From assembly GCA_021851715.1 (NCBI GenBank), contig JAJZCR010000001.1, positions 7,517 to 71,516 of the forward strand: a stretch of 64,000 nucleotides of DNA, read 5' to 3'. Source of the DNA: Planctomycetota bacterium. Lineage in GTDB: Bacteria > Planctomycetota > Phycisphaerae > WQYP01. Positions 1 through 10,308 of the stretch are shown here, one piece after another. The position numbers and the translations under genes were made by a program. Under the pieces are notes generated by a model that did no database searches, was not told the origin of the DNA, and saw only the letters and a program-made list of their open reading frames with translations. Within the stretch, counting starts at the first letter, position 1; each line of letters begins with the position of its first letter.

Positions 1-537
1 CTGATCCATCAATGGGTGAACGCGAACCCAGTTGAACGGATTGCCGTCATGCTCATGTTGGCTGTAATAGTCGGCCATGCCGCTCTTGCCCCACCAACCC
101 TCGCCGCGCTCGGCCAGCAGATGATCGAAGGTTGCCCGCCGTCCCGCCAGCTTGAACGACAAATCCGTCGGCATGCCATCGACGAAGTTTTCGCTTTGGT
201 GATGGATCACCGCGTGGATATTGCGGAACCCGATCCGCAACAGGCTACGGAACAGATGCATCGCAAAGGGCACCAGCGCGTCGGTGTCCACCTGCACTGT
301 TCCTTTACGCTCCGGCGGCTCGACGGCATAGCTGCCCGCACCGTAATAAAACGGTGGCAGGATGACCAGGTTCATGTCTTTTTCCAACTTTTCCAGAATC
401 CGCAGAACCACCAGCGTATCAAGTCCCACCGCCAGATGCTCGCCGTGATATTCCAGTACGCCCAGCGGCAATACTATCGGCCAATGCTGATCGATGGCCG
501 TGCGAATCTGGTGCGGCAACATAAGCTCATAACGCAT
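1..537 (-). CDS. Creatininase-family amidohydrolase (runs off the window edge; absent from the ORF track)
   Basis: Manual translation from ATG at 537: MRYELMLPHQIRTAIDQHWPIVLPLGVLEYHGEHLAVGLDTL..., matching the creatininase PxGxxExHGxHL...D motif; open to position 1. Confidence 0.85.
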   Translation of the reverse strand, partial: MRYELMLPHQIRTAIDQHWPIVLPLGVLEYHGEHLAVGLDTLVVLRILEKLEKDMNLVILPPFYYGAGSYAVEPPERKGTVQVDTDALVPFAMHLFRSLLRIGFRNIHAVIHHQSENFVDGMPTDLSFKLAGRRATFDHLLAERGEGWWGKSGMADYYSQHEHDGNPFNWVRVHPLMDQ

Positions 538-546
538 AAATTGGCC

Positions 547-1704
547 TCACAATTCCGTCAGCCGGGCATACTTTCCGGACAATTTCTCTACGCCGTCGTT
601 GCTAACGCGAAGACCGTTCTCCCAGCGCAAACCGAAATCCCGATCCTGAAAAAATGTATCGACCTGAAAAGTCATATTCTCCTGCAGCCGGTACGTGGAG
701 GTCGATTCCATCCAGGGCCGCTCCACCTCCATCATTCCTACGCCGTGGCACGGGCCATACAGCATGTATTTGGCAAACCCTCGCTGTTGCACAAAGGCTT
801 CGTATTCCCGCACGACGTCATTGGCGGATTTACCGGCCTTGATCAATTCGAAAGTTTTGTGGTGCGCCTCCAGACCAAATTCCACCAGCCGCTTCTTGCG
901 CTGCGGCAATCGGCCGATCGAAAAAGGCAGCCCTACGCTGGACGCATACCCGCCCACACGCGCGCCGATATTCAACTGTATCACTTCGTTGCGGCGGATT
1001 TTGTTGTGCGAGGGACGGCTGATCGCGTTGTTGGTAGCCGGGCCGCAAAAACAGTACAAGGCATGGCCCTCGTATTCACCGCCATGCTGGTAGATCTCCC
1101 GCTGGGCAATGCCGATCACCTGAAGTTCGGTCATGCCCGGCTTAATCTCGCGCAGAATGGCCTCCACCGCCAACTCGCTGATCTGATATGCTTTCCGCAT
1201 CAACGCAATTTCGTTGGAGGACTTTACAATGCGAAGGCCCACCAGGGTATCGTCGGCCTTAACCAGTTCTACGCCGGGCAGAGTCTTTTGCAGGCCAAGG
1301 TATACCGGCAGGGTCATAATCGAAAAACCTATGAGCCCCAGCTTCTTTAACCGTCCGCCGGGCATCGCTTTTTTTACGACATCCGGAAATGTGGCAACGG
1401 CGATACCCGGGTACTCCGGTTCGGCTGACTCGCGATATTCGACCATTTTACAGATGCACCGGATTTTACTGCGCATCTCCGCGTAGGTTTGGCTTTCAGG
1501 GCCGATGAGCAAAATGGGATGGCCAACCGCCGGCATAAACACCCCGGCCGCTTCGAATGTCGGCCAGTATTCCGACAAATACCTGACATGGGCGCAGTCC
1601 GATTCGTTGGCATGGACCAGCGCCGCGTCCAACCCCGCTGCGGCGATGTTCTGTTGAAATCGCCGAATGCGCTGGCGATATTCACTGTCTGGAATTCTTA
1701 CCAT
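547..1704 (-). CDS. M24 (Xaa-Pro peptidase/creatinase-fold) hydrolase
   Basis: Creatinase_N-like N-terminus; LRIVKSSNEIALMRKA, PGMTE, CHGVG, LRWENG motifs. Confidence 0.85.
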   Translation of the reverse strand: MVRIPDSEYRQRIRRFQQNIAAAGLDAALVHANESDCAHVRYLSEYWPTFEAAGVFMPAVGHPILLIGPESQTYAEMRSKIRCICKMVEYRESAEPEYPGIAVATFPDVVKKAMPGGRLKKLGLIGFSIMTLPVYLGLQKTLPGVELVKADDTLVGLRIVKSSNEIALMRKAYQISELAVEAILREIKPGMTELQVIGIAQREIYQHGGEYEGHALYCFCGPATNNAISRPSHNKIRRNEVIQLNIGARVGGYASSVGLPFSIGRLPQRKKRLVEFGLEAHHKTFELIKAGKSANDVVREYEAFVQQRGFAKYMLYGPCHGVGMMEVERPWMESTSTYRLQENMTFQVDTFFQDRDFGLRWENGLRVSNDGVEKLSGKYARLTEL

Positions 1705-1781
1705 GATCTGATCTTCCTTAAATGTGGTTCACCAACAATTTTCGCAGCTTGCATCAGGCTGCGGAACGGGCACATTTTCCT

Positions 1782-4049
1782 TTATTCGGGGTGCCCGTTA
1801 TCCAATTTTGCGCGACTGCCTGGCAGCGCAGAACGCGACAAGGTGCGGAAAACTTTCCAAGCCGGCATATGCGATCCGGACCAGTCATACTCGGCAATGC
1901 CGTCGAGCCGGCGAATTTTCCGCAAAGGTTCTCCTGCAAGCTGCCACGGCTTGAATATCCAAAAAAGATCGCCCTCCGGATTCTCCCAGCGTACACCGGC
2001 ATCGCCGGGCAACAGCCGGCGCTGGCCCATCATGTACGGCAGAGCCTGGTTATAGAGATGGTTTAACTGCACCCACCAGTCCGGCAGTACATGCGTTTGG
2101 TCGTAAAGGCTCTGGTAGTTCACATAACCACGGTTGGCCATCATTCGAAAGAGAATGCGTTTAAGCTCCGACATGCCGCGATGGCGCGGGACGACATTCA
2201 TCCAGCAATCAAACGCCATATCTTCTTCACCCACCCACCAGCCGAAATCGTTCTGACCGGCGACGGCGCGGTCTTGTTTCAACCGCTCGCCGCGCAGATC
2301 GGCCACTCCAAAATGGCCCGTCCCCAGAGCCGAAATACTTTCGAAACAGAATGATCGGATGCCAGCCTTTTGCAAATCCGAGAGCAGCCGCGCAAACGCC
2401 GCATAATTACTCCGCATACGTGCAGAATAATTCATTTGCAGCATGCCCATGTTGGAATAGGAGTCAACGAACAGAAAATCAATTCCACCTTCCTGCTGCC
2501 AGCGCCGCAAATCGGAGATAACCTGGTCGCGAATGCCCGTATTCCAATCCGCAACGACAAGGGTCTCAAATCCGTAGCCCCCGCCCGCGGGTTGTCCATG
2601 GGCGTCAATCATGCGGTACTCCGGATGCTGCCGGTAAAGCGGAGAGCGCGGCGAGAAATGCGGGGCAAACCAGTGGCCGATTTCCATGCCCAGCGCGTGG
2701 CTTTTATCGGCAAGATACCGCCACGCCCTGATGCCTCCCCAGAAGTCAGAGGGGAAAAAGCGATGCGTTGCACACACACTTGCACAATGCAGATCGCCTT
2801 GTATACCGGCGTCGATCTTGCGCCGCATGCCGAACTCGGTTACGTCGCTCTGCGAAATTACAATGGGAAGGAATTGCCGTACCCCCTGTTGCGCCAGCCT
2901 GGGCAACAGCTTATCGGCCATCGCGTACAGCATTTCCTCGTGATCCACCGCGACGCCGCCGATCTTGATCCGCAGCCTGTTGGCCTTGCCGCGGGAAGCA
3001 CCTCCGCCAACGGAAGTAGTCCAACCGCCACCCGCCAGACGATGAGAACGCTGTCCGAGGCAGGTCTCGTACACCGTTGTGAGGCATGGGCGAACCACCG
3101 CCGGAGCCACCGTAAAAGTCTTCCGAATCCGGCCATAAACATGCTGCAACGCCTGCCACCACAAATCCCGCGCCTCATGCTCGGCCAGAGCCCCGCGAGC
3201 GAACAAAAGCCACTTGGGCGGCGTAACCGCCCGGCGAGCCAACTCGAAGCGATATTCATCAAGCACATGCAGCACATCCTCGCCACGCGGAGATTCAATC
3301 AGACTGGAGATGCCGTGGAAGTCAGGCCAGAATTGCAGCAGGGCACCATGCTGCGGGTGGTATTGAAAATCGAATCCCTGCACCAGCCCGGCACGGGTCG
3401 CGAACTGGAACGAATATCCCTGAGGATTACCATATCCCGCTAGCGTGCGCAGGCATGCTGTCGTAAACAACGTGCCTTTCGTACCGCGGTAAACGGGCAT
3501 GTTGCACTGTCCCTGGCTCAAGACGGTGTTGCCGGTGATGCGGCCGCCGATTTCCCAGGTGGCGTGTGTGAGCAGGCGATGGATCTTCCGCGTGCGGCTC
3601 CTGAATTCAAAGTGTTGGGAGAAACCGCGCCAGGTGCGCCCGGCCAGTTTGACCGACAGGGGGTGCAGCACCATTTGCAGTTCATCCTCGACGGATTCAG
3701 CGCCGCGATCCAGCCACACCAGGGGCTGCCCATAGTCGTCGAGATACTCGCCGCGTTCCCAGGGAACGCCGTTCGCGGTCATCATGATGTGCGTGCTGTG
3801 CCTGATGCGGATAACTTTATCAACCTGCAACCTGGTATACAGGAATCCCTCGGGCGTATCGAGGTGAACACCGATCGGTCGCGAGCCATCTCGCAGATCA
3901 ACGCCGTCCACGCGCACCCGTCCCATGCCGCGGAACTCCTTCTGCGCCGATTGGAGCACCTCAACTTCGATGCCTTTTTCCAGAAGCAGCCGCATGTTGT
4001 TACCCCCTGATTTTCTCTTTGCAACTGGATTTCTCCGCACGTCGATCAT
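1782..4049 (-). CDS. Hypothetical protein with a putative TIM-barrel glycoside hydrolase domain
   Basis: Long ORF; ATG at 4049 overlaps the sulfatase stop (ATGA); ADWNTGIRDQVISDLRRWQQEGGIDFLFVDS resembles the GH13/GH36-type nucleophile region. Start could instead be MRLLLE (~3995). Confidence 0.6.
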   Translation of the reverse strand: MIDVRRNPVAKRKSGGNNMRLLLEKGIEVEVLQSAQKEFRGMGRVRVDGVDLRDGSRPIGVHLDTPEGFLYTRLQVDKVIRIRHSTHIMMTANGVPWERGEYLDDYGQPLVWLDRGAESVEDELQMVLHPLSVKLAGRTWRGFSQHFEFRSRTRKIHRLLTHATWEIGGRITGNTVLSQGQCNMPVYRGTKGTLFTTACLRTLAGYGNPQGYSFQFATRAGLVQGFDFQYHPQHGALLQFWPDFHGISSLIESPRGEDVLHVLDEYRFELARRAVTPPKWLLFARGALAEHEARDLWWQALQHVYGRIRKTFTVAPAVVRPCLTTVYETCLGQRSHRLAGGGWTTSVGGGASRGKANRLRIKIGGVAVDHEEMLYAMADKLLPRLAQQGVRQFLPIVISQSDVTEFGMRRKIDAGIQGDLHCASVCATHRFFPSDFWGGIRAWRYLADKSHALGMEIGHWFAPHFSPRSPLYRQHPEYRMIDAHGQPAGGGYGFETLVVADWNTGIRDQVISDLRRWQQEGGIDFLFVDSYSNMGMLQMNYSARMRSNYAAFARLLSDLQKAGIRSFCFESISALGTGHFGVADLRGERLKQDRAVAGQNDFGWWVGEEDMAFDCWMNVVPRHRGMSELKRILFRMMANRGYVNYQSLYDQTHVLPDWWVQLNHLYNQALPYMMGQRRLLPGDAGVRWENPEGDLFWIFKPWQLAGEPLRKIRRLDGIAEYDWSGSHMPAWKVFRTLSRSALPGSRAKLDNGHPE

Positions 4050-5479
4050 ATGAAATCCGCCTTTCCGTGCGTCAATGCTCCCTTGGCTTTGTTGTATCGT
4101 GTGGGAGCCAGGGGTTCCCAATCGCCCATGTGGCTGCGGGACTGCTGGTATCGCATGAGGTGCATCAGCAAGCGGCGAATCAGCTTATCACGGATTGTGC
4201 TACAGTCCGGATCGTGCCAGCGGTTGTGCAATTCATCAGGATGCGGCAGCATGTCGAACAACTGGCCGTCGTCCGGCCGGTCGAGGTGGAAAGCCAGCTT
4301 ATGCTCGCGTGTGCGAATCATCCGGCACATGGAAGTTTCGGCGAAGACATACTCCCTGCCCGTCGGCCGCCAGCCGTCGATGGCCCGCAGAAAGCTATAT
4401 CCCTGGGCACGTGGCGCAACATCCCAGCCCATGCGTTCCATGAGGCTGGGCAGCAGATCGATTGTCTCCCACAGTCCCTCCACCACCTTGCCGTGGTTCT
4501 GCGGCCGCGTCGGATCGCACCACAGCAGCGGAACCTTGTAGAGTTGCTCATAGACCGGTACATTCTTGCCAAGCTGCCCGTATTCCCCACCGAAATCTCC
4601 ATGATCCGGACAGAACACCACCAGAGTTTCCCCGGCCAACCCCTGTGCATCCAGCGCCTCAAGAATTTGGCCGATCTGTTTATCGATCAAGCCGATCAAC
4701 GAATAGTAACGCGCCACGGCTTGCTGAAAAATTCCAGGATTCTCCCAGGCCCCCAGCTTCCAAAAATCTTCCGGGCCGGGCCGGGGTTGCAGCTTCGTTT
4801 GTTCAAAAAGCTCGTAGTCGTCCCAGGGAAGAGGCACACGATCGGGATGAACCAGTTTTTCGGTTTCCGCATCCGGCGAGTGCGGGGCGTGCGGCCGCTC
4901 AAACGTAACCCAGGCAAAAAAAGGCTTTTTTCCGGGTTGATGCTGCCGTAAAAATGAGATGGCGTGTTCGGCGGTCCACACTTCGGTGGAGTGTTCCTGC
5001 GGAATACGGCTGGTCCAGGTGAGAAAGCGGTTATGCGACCGCGGCGTTTGCAATGCGGCATCGCTAAGGCCATGCCTGGCCAGGTAGTCGCGATACTCGC
5101 CGCTATCGAGCGTATGCTGAACCTCAAAGGCCTTGCTCAAATCGTTGGGCAGGTGGCATTTGCCGAACACACCGGTCGCATAACCTCGGCGCTGAAACTC
5201 ATGCGCTAACGATGGTATATCCGTATCCAATGGCACATCGATATTGTTGCCGTAGTGCCCATGGGCAAAAGGATACATGCCCGTGAAAAAACAGGTCCGA
5301 CTCGGACTGCAGATTGCGGTGGGCGTGTAGGCGTGGCTGAAGCGAACGCCTTGCGCCACCAGCCGGTTGAGGTTCGGCGTCTCCACCAGCGGCTTGCCGT
5401 CGACACCCTTCGGGCAGCCTCGCAGGCAACTGATTGCTTCGGGGTGATGTTGGTCATCCATCAGGAAAATTACATTCAT
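4046..5479 (-). CDS. Cys-type S1 sulfatase, no signal peptide
   Basis: NVIFLMDDQH, TPNLNRL, CSPSR formylglycine motif, GKCH, PHAP, DHG. Confidence 0.93.
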   Translation of the reverse strand: MNVIFLMDDQHHPEAISCLRGCPKGVDGKPLVETPNLNRLVAQGVRFSHAYTPTAICSPSRTCFFTGMYPFAHGHYGNNIDVPLDTDIPSLAHEFQRRGYATGVFGKCHLPNDLSKAFEVQHTLDSGEYRDYLARHGLSDAALQTPRSHNRFLTWTSRIPQEHSTEVWTAEHAISFLRQHQPGKKPFFAWVTFERPHAPHSPDAETEKLVHPDRVPLPWDDYELFEQTKLQPRPGPEDFWKLGAWENPGIFQQAVARYYSLIGLIDKQIGQILEALDAQGLAGETLVVFCPDHGDFGGEYGQLGKNVPVYEQLYKVPLLWCDPTRPQNHGKVVEGLWETIDLLPSLMERMGWDVAPRAQGYSFLRAIDGWRPTGREYVFAETSMCRMIRTREHKLAFHLDRPDDGQLFDMLPHPDELHNRWHDPDCSTIRDKLIRRLLMHLMRYQQSRSHMGDWEPLAPTRYNKAKGALTHGKADFI

Positions 5480-5637
5480 GACCGTTGCTCCAGGTTTAGC
5501 GAGTCAACTACAGCCGATTCCTTGCACCGGCGTCTTGCATCGTGGCCGCCGACCGGCGCAGCCAAGCCGGTAATCCAACGGGATTGACCCGTGTGAAAAG
5601 TCTGGGGCCCCACTTGCGGCCCGTAGTGCCGGAGCGT

Positions 5638-8600
5638 TCACAGCAGCACTCGATATTCACCCGGTCGTAGCGTCACCTTGCGCTCCGCAAAAATCAGCCC
5701 CGGCAGCTTCATCGCCTGTCGCAGCCTGCTGGTAATCGGTTTATCTGTCGGATTGTTCACCGATACCTGCCATTGGCAACGATTCGGCGACGGATGATCC
5801 TGCAGCCGTATCACGTTGATGAATAATTCCTTCCCCTGGGAGTCGGCGATAATCGGATGGCCCGCAAGCATCTGCGTCTTCGCCGCCAGATCTACATATA
5901 GCGGCACCTGGGCACAGCCGAATTCATCCACGCCCAACGCCCGGTAGCGGTTCTTTCCTGAGCCGTTCTGTGTCAACACGTAACCACTTTTCTGGAACAG
6001 TCCGGCGCTCCAGCGACGGTTCAAACCCGTGACCCGCAACGGCAGAGTCAGGTTGGTTTTCCAGATGGGCCGGGGAACCAGCACTTCCACCGCCCCGTTG
6101 TCAGGGTGACATTCGATAATACCGGGCGATGCTACCCGCCGGCCACGCAGTATCTTCATCCCCGTCGGCTGGTCCAGGTAGGTCAGCAGGCGCGTTACCT
6201 CCGCCGGGTTTTTAAGTCCCATGTTGACCGGTACACCCAGCGAGAAAAGCTCAAAAGCATACGTGTTGCCCGTCTGAACCTTCCGGCCGGCGATGTCGGC
6301 ATGGATGTTGATTTGCGGATAACTTACCTGCATCCGCAGCGGCTCTCCGCGCACAATGAAAATATGGCTGCAGGCGGTATTCGGACTGTACAGGGCGAAC
6401 CAGTCGCCCGGCACAAGATGAAACGTGCCGACTTGGCCCGGCTGGCCATTGCGGCCGCAATACAGAAGCTTCTGCGTGATTTGGGCCGTGGCTTTACCCA
6501 GCAACAGATATGCCGGCGACGCCACCGACGCGATCCCGGCGTTGCTCTGGAGAAGCCGCAAATGTTCAACGCTGCAATCCTGCTTAAAACGAATGTCCGA
6601 TCGAAACAGGCAGGCATTGGTCCCTTCACGCACCCCCACCGCGGGCCAGCCCGTCTCCGGCACGCCCATGGTCGGCGAGATCCACTCCCAATAGCGCAGC
6701 GTAAAATCCATCAACTTGCCGGGGCCGGCCAGTGGCCCAAAGGTATCCCACGGGTTGACGACGGCCAGCACATCGGCGGAAAAAATCCGATCTTGCCGCG
6801 ACACCAAGGCCCCCGAGCCTTCATCGCAATAGTCCAACAGCGGCGTATTCTCAAAGCGTGGGCCATCTTCCTGCCCTTTGTCCGTACCCAGAACGGGCCG
6901 GCTTTCATTAAATGTAACTAGTGGAATTACCGCTGGCGGCCCTCCATCCCAGGTTTGCCCCGCGACATCCGCCGGAAGAGCCTGAACATGTGTGACGCAT
7001 TGCGATACAGGCCCGTGGGCGAAAAGTATCTGCTGGACGTAGGAATTGACGTGGTCTCCGCAATAGACCGGGGCCAACGATCCGTCCTTCCAGCAGCGGC
7101 GGGCAAAACTGACCGCGGTGCCACCTTTTTCATCCGTAGCCACCAGCACCAGATTGCGCTGGATCGTCGCATCCAGCAGCAGTGTTTCACGGAAGGTTTT
7201 GGCACCCTGTGGCAGGAATCGCCGGAAGACTTCCGGGCCGTTGTAAAGGGTGATCTCTTTTAAGCCAGTGGGAGCATCGACTTCCAGCTTCGCTGTCATG
7301 ATCGCCGCCGGCGTGACAAATTCCCGGGCCCCCAGCGTCCAGACACGTACCGTTTGCGGCCAGGCACGGATCATCGGGCCATCCGATGTAAACGTGTTAT
7401 AGGAGACATACTGGTTGGGCCACCATAGGCCATCAACAAAGATGTTGGAAACGGAACTCGCCTGCACGTACGTCAATGCATGGCCGAGGTCCACTTCACG
7501 CGCCATTGCCGACGGCGAACGTACCTCATTCAACGATACCGGCGTCGGAGGAATGGTGCCAGCCGCCGTGGCGAGATATTCAGCGGTCTGGTCCTCCACC
7601 AGTTGGCCGTTTTTGTAATAACGTATCGCCGCCATGCCATACACCCTCAGATCGCTGATGCGCATCAGACGCGGATTGTCGGAGAAATGGTAGTACCCAT
7701 GATTGCCGTGGTGATTCATCCAACGATATAACATCCAGTTAAAGGATGGCCCGTTAAAGCCGGTGTACTTGCCTTGCTGATTTTGCGGCTGGAGATCAAA
7801 TAGTGTCCGGCCGGGCCCGGTGAGCACATCCGCGCGCGGCCAGGGGTCATTGCCCGCAGTCGGCGGCCCAAAAAAGAACATGTGGTCCCCGGTATTTGCG
7901 TCGATGGTGTAACCAGGCAGCAGCAGAATTTCATCATCACTCCAGCGCCGGCAATCCGCCTGGAGCGACGTCCACTTCCCCGGCGTAAGTGTAGCGAAAT
8001 CATCGAGAAATACGATGAAGTGCAGCCCCGCCTTTTTGGCTGCCGCCACATACTGTTCCACCGTGCCATGCCCTGAACTGTACGTGGTTTTGGCACCGAT
8101 GAATCCGCGGTATACCGTCCCAACATTGGCCGGTGGCGACTTGCCTTGAGTCCAGGTGGCACCGGCGGCACCAAACCACCTGGTCAAGGCATCCTTTTTA
8201 AGATTTGGTGCCACCAGGGTTTGTGCACCAGTCCGATAGCCGCCGACCAGTTTGCCCGCCAGCGACGGCATGGCCAACCAGCGCCAAGTATTTTCCAGAA
8301 GCTGGCCAAAGTCGCTGTTTTTACCCCCGAATCCGCGCGAGAGCACCTGCCGGTCAAAAATCCATTTGACGCCGGAACCGACGGAAAATTGCGGCCACTG
8401 GTTCACCATCGCAATTCGTCCTGCGTGGTACGGCCGGATCGCAAACAGTGCCGGTGATTTGACCGGGCTTTTGCGCACAAAAACATGCGGCGGCGGTTTC
8501 GCGGCGCCGGCCGTATCCGCCGCCACATCGACCGGCTGCGCATACGCCGTTTTCGAAGCCTTGATCACCACCTGCCAGTCCGCATTCACCATGATTGGGC

Positions 8601-9264
8601 CGCCCGCCGCCGCGTTGTAGTGATGCTGGGTCGGATACCAGATACCCTGCACGCCCATGCTCACCGGTGCCGGGAACACCTGATCGGTATACGCCAATGG
8701 CACAGGATACGAGGCGTGTACGAGATGCCCCTGGTTGGCGGGGTTGGTTTCAACAATAGTCTCCATCGGCCATTTTGCGCCCCAATGGTCCGTCAAATCC
8801 GAAAGCATCTGCTTGACCCAGTTTTCCTCCATGGGCATCAAAAACACGCCACCGCCGGCGGCCAGGTAGCGCTCGATCAGGACCACAAATGCTCTGACCC
8901 GCTCTGGAGAGGAAGGTTCGTTAAGGCCCACGTTGGGATTGACCGCGAAGGCGTCCGGGGTGCAGTAAAGCACCAGCACGTTGTATTGTTTAATCCGATT
9001 CCAGGTCATCTCGCCGAGGTCATTGGTGTAGTCCACCTCAAAGCCCCTGGCGTGCAATTCCTGTAGATATTCCAGGTCAATCCAACTGTGGCCCGCTGTG
9101 TCCACGCCCCGTGGCGAGCAAAACAGGATCGACGGGCGGACCGTGGGACCCTTGGGCCCCCTGACGATAATCTTTCTGGCGCAGCTGGTTAAAAGCAAAC
9201 CGCCACCCATAGCGCCGATTTTTAAAAAACTACGGCGTTTCATGGGGGGGAAAAAAAGACTCAT
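5638..9264 (-). CDS. Large Tat-exported (lipo)protein with a GATase-like N-domain and a PHP-like domain
   Basis: AGGAG RBS 8 nt before ATG 9264; KRRSFLK twin-arginine motif followed by LLLTSC lipobox-like sequence; YRGFIGAKTTYSSG...AKKAGLHFIVFLDD PHP-like segment. Confidence 0.7.
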   Translation of the reverse strand: MSLFFPPMKRRSFLKIGAMGGGLLLTSCARKIIVRGPKGPTVRPSILFCSPRGVDTAGHSWIDLEYLQELHARGFEVDYTNDLGEMTWNRIKQYNVLVLYCTPDAFAVNPNVGLNEPSSPERVRAFVVLIERYLAAGGGVFLMPMEENWVKQMLSDLTDHWGAKWPMETIVETNPANQGHLVHASYPVPLAYTDQVFPAPVSMGVQGIWYPTQHHYNAAAGGPIMVNADWQVVIKASKTAYAQPVDVAADTAGAAKPPPHVFVRKSPVKSPALFAIRPYHAGRIAMVNQWPQFSVGSGVKWIFDRQVLSRGFGGKNSDFGQLLENTWRWLAMPSLAGKLVGGYRTGAQTLVAPNLKKDALTRWFGAAGATWTQGKSPPANVGTVYRGFIGAKTTYSSGHGTVEQYVAAAKKAGLHFIVFLDDFATLTPGKWTSLQADCRRWSDDEILLLPGYTIDANTGDHMFFFGPPTAGNDPWPRADVLTGPGRTLFDLQPQNQQGKYTGFNGPSFNWMLYRWMNHHGNHGYYHFSDNPRLMRISDLRVYGMAAIRYYKNGQLVEDQTAEYLATAAGTIPPTPVSLNEVRSPSAMAREVDLGHALTYVQASSVSNIFVDGLWWPNQYVSYNTFTSDGPMIRAWPQTVRVWTLGAREFVTPAAIMTAKLEVDAPTGLKEITLYNGPEVFRRFLPQGAKTFRETLLLDATIQRNLVLVATDEKGGTAVSFARRCWKDGSLAPVYCGDHVNSYVQQILFAHGPVSQCVTHVQALPADVAGQTWDGGPPAVIPLVTFNESRPVLGTDKGQEDGPRFENTPLLDYCDEGSGALVSRQDRIFSADVLAVVNPWDTFGPLAGPGKLMDFTLRYWEWISPTMGVPETGWPAVGVREGTNACLFRSDIRFKQDCSVEHLRLLQSNAGIASVASPAYLLLGKATAQITQKLLYCGRNGQPGQVGTFHLVPGDWFALYSPNTACSHIFIVRGEPLRMQVSYPQINIHADIAGRKVQTGNTYAFELFSLGVPVNMGLKNPAEVTRLLTYLDQPTGMKILRGRRVASPGIIECHPDNGAVEVLVPRPIWKTNLTLPLRVTGLNRRWSAGLFQKSGYVLTQNGSGKNRYRALGVDEFGCAQVPLYVDLAAKTQMLAGHPIIADSQGKELFINVIRLQDHPSPNRCQWQVSVNNPTDKPITSRLRQAMKLPGLIFAERKVTLRPGEYRVLL

Positions 9265-9285
9265 CAATAATTCTCCTGAAATTTA

Positions 9286-10287
9286 TTACGGAATCGCCGG
9301 CAACGACTGGGGCACCACGTAACCGCGGAACCATGCCAGTGTCCAGAGGTCGGGCAACGCCACATATTCCGCATGACCATCCAAAAACACCACATTCACC
9401 CCATCGCCATGGCGCAGCATGGCATCATATTCAAACCCGTCGGTTTGTGGGCCGGAATCCAGGTTATCCGCGTACTGGGCGGTGCCCGGGGCCGCGGCAG
9501 GGGTGGGGTTGGGATTGAGGTTATTCAGGTGCGAATCCGGAAATTGGTTGCTTTCCGGCCACGTTTGCCAAAAGATACTATCGAGAAAAAGCGGGATTTT
9601 GGAGCGGTCGTATGAAACAGAGTGCGTGGGCCACGCGTAGGGCTGCATCCACTTTATATAGTTCCATGTGGCCTGATTATAAAGATAACCGTTGTAGGCG
9701 TAACTGCACCACCAGCGGGTGGAGGCCCCATTCCAGTTAGCCCCGGTCTCGTAATGCCAGGCCACGGAGGCTGAGCCGGCCCCCGCCCAATCCAGAGCCG
9801 TGGTGGGCAGTTTCATCACCTGTGTGGATGGACACACCAGCGCGGTATTGGGGGAGCTGTCCACCATGCCCAGGGCGGGGTTGGTATTCAGGCCGCCCGG
9901 AACTATGTACGGGGTGTAGAAATGCACCCATGTATTTCCGCCCGGCATGTTCAGCGCCGAGTTATTCTCCCCGTAGTTACACCGCTGACCTTGGTAATCC
10001 GCCTGATATTGGATTACCGCCAGGCCAAGCTGCCGCTCGTTGGAAAGGCACAATACCGAATCCGCCGCCCGCCGGGCCGCGGCTAAGGCCGGCAAAAGCA
10101 GGGCAATCAGAAGGGCGATGATGGAGATCACCACCAAAAGTTCCACCAAGGTAAAACCGTGCAGGGGCCGACGGAACCCGGCAAAATTCCGCGGCGGGTG
10201 TGACTTTTTACAACCCCTGACACGGAGATACGTATTATGCCCGACGCCCGGAACAGTGTCATGTAGTACATTGGCGTTGATCTTCAT
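9286..10287 (-). CDS. Prepilin-type N-terminal cleavage/methylation protein with C-terminal H-X9-DG motif (DUF1559-like)
   Basis: [30 protein letters not shown]...[10 protein letters not shown]-terminal [14 protein letters not shown]. Confidence 0.92.
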   Translation of the reverse strand: MKINANVLHDTVPGVGHNTYLRVRGCKKSHPPRNFAGFRRPLHGFTLVELLVVISIIALLIALLLPALAAARRAADSVLCLSNERQLGLAVIQYQADYQGQRCNYGENNSALNMPGGNTWVHFYTPYIVPGGLNTNPALGMVDSSPNTALVCPSTQVMKLPTTALDWAGAGSASVAWHYETGANWNGASTRWWCSYAYNGYLYNQATWNYIKWMQPYAWPTHSVSYDRSKIPLFLDSIFWQTWPESNQFPDSHLNNLNPNPTPAAAPGTAQYADNLDSGPQTDGFEYDAMLRHGDGVNVVFLDGHAEYVALPDLWTLAWFRGYVVPQSLPAIP

Positions 10288-10308
10288 AAGACCATCCTTT
10301 CACGGTTA

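Noticed and set aside
16..1350. 444-aa plus-strand ORF
   Set aside because: Antisense shadow of the creatininase and M24 genes; no motifs. The same applies to most long antisense ORFs in the track (e.g. 2370-3443, 12945-14159, 18789-19823, 51260-52174).
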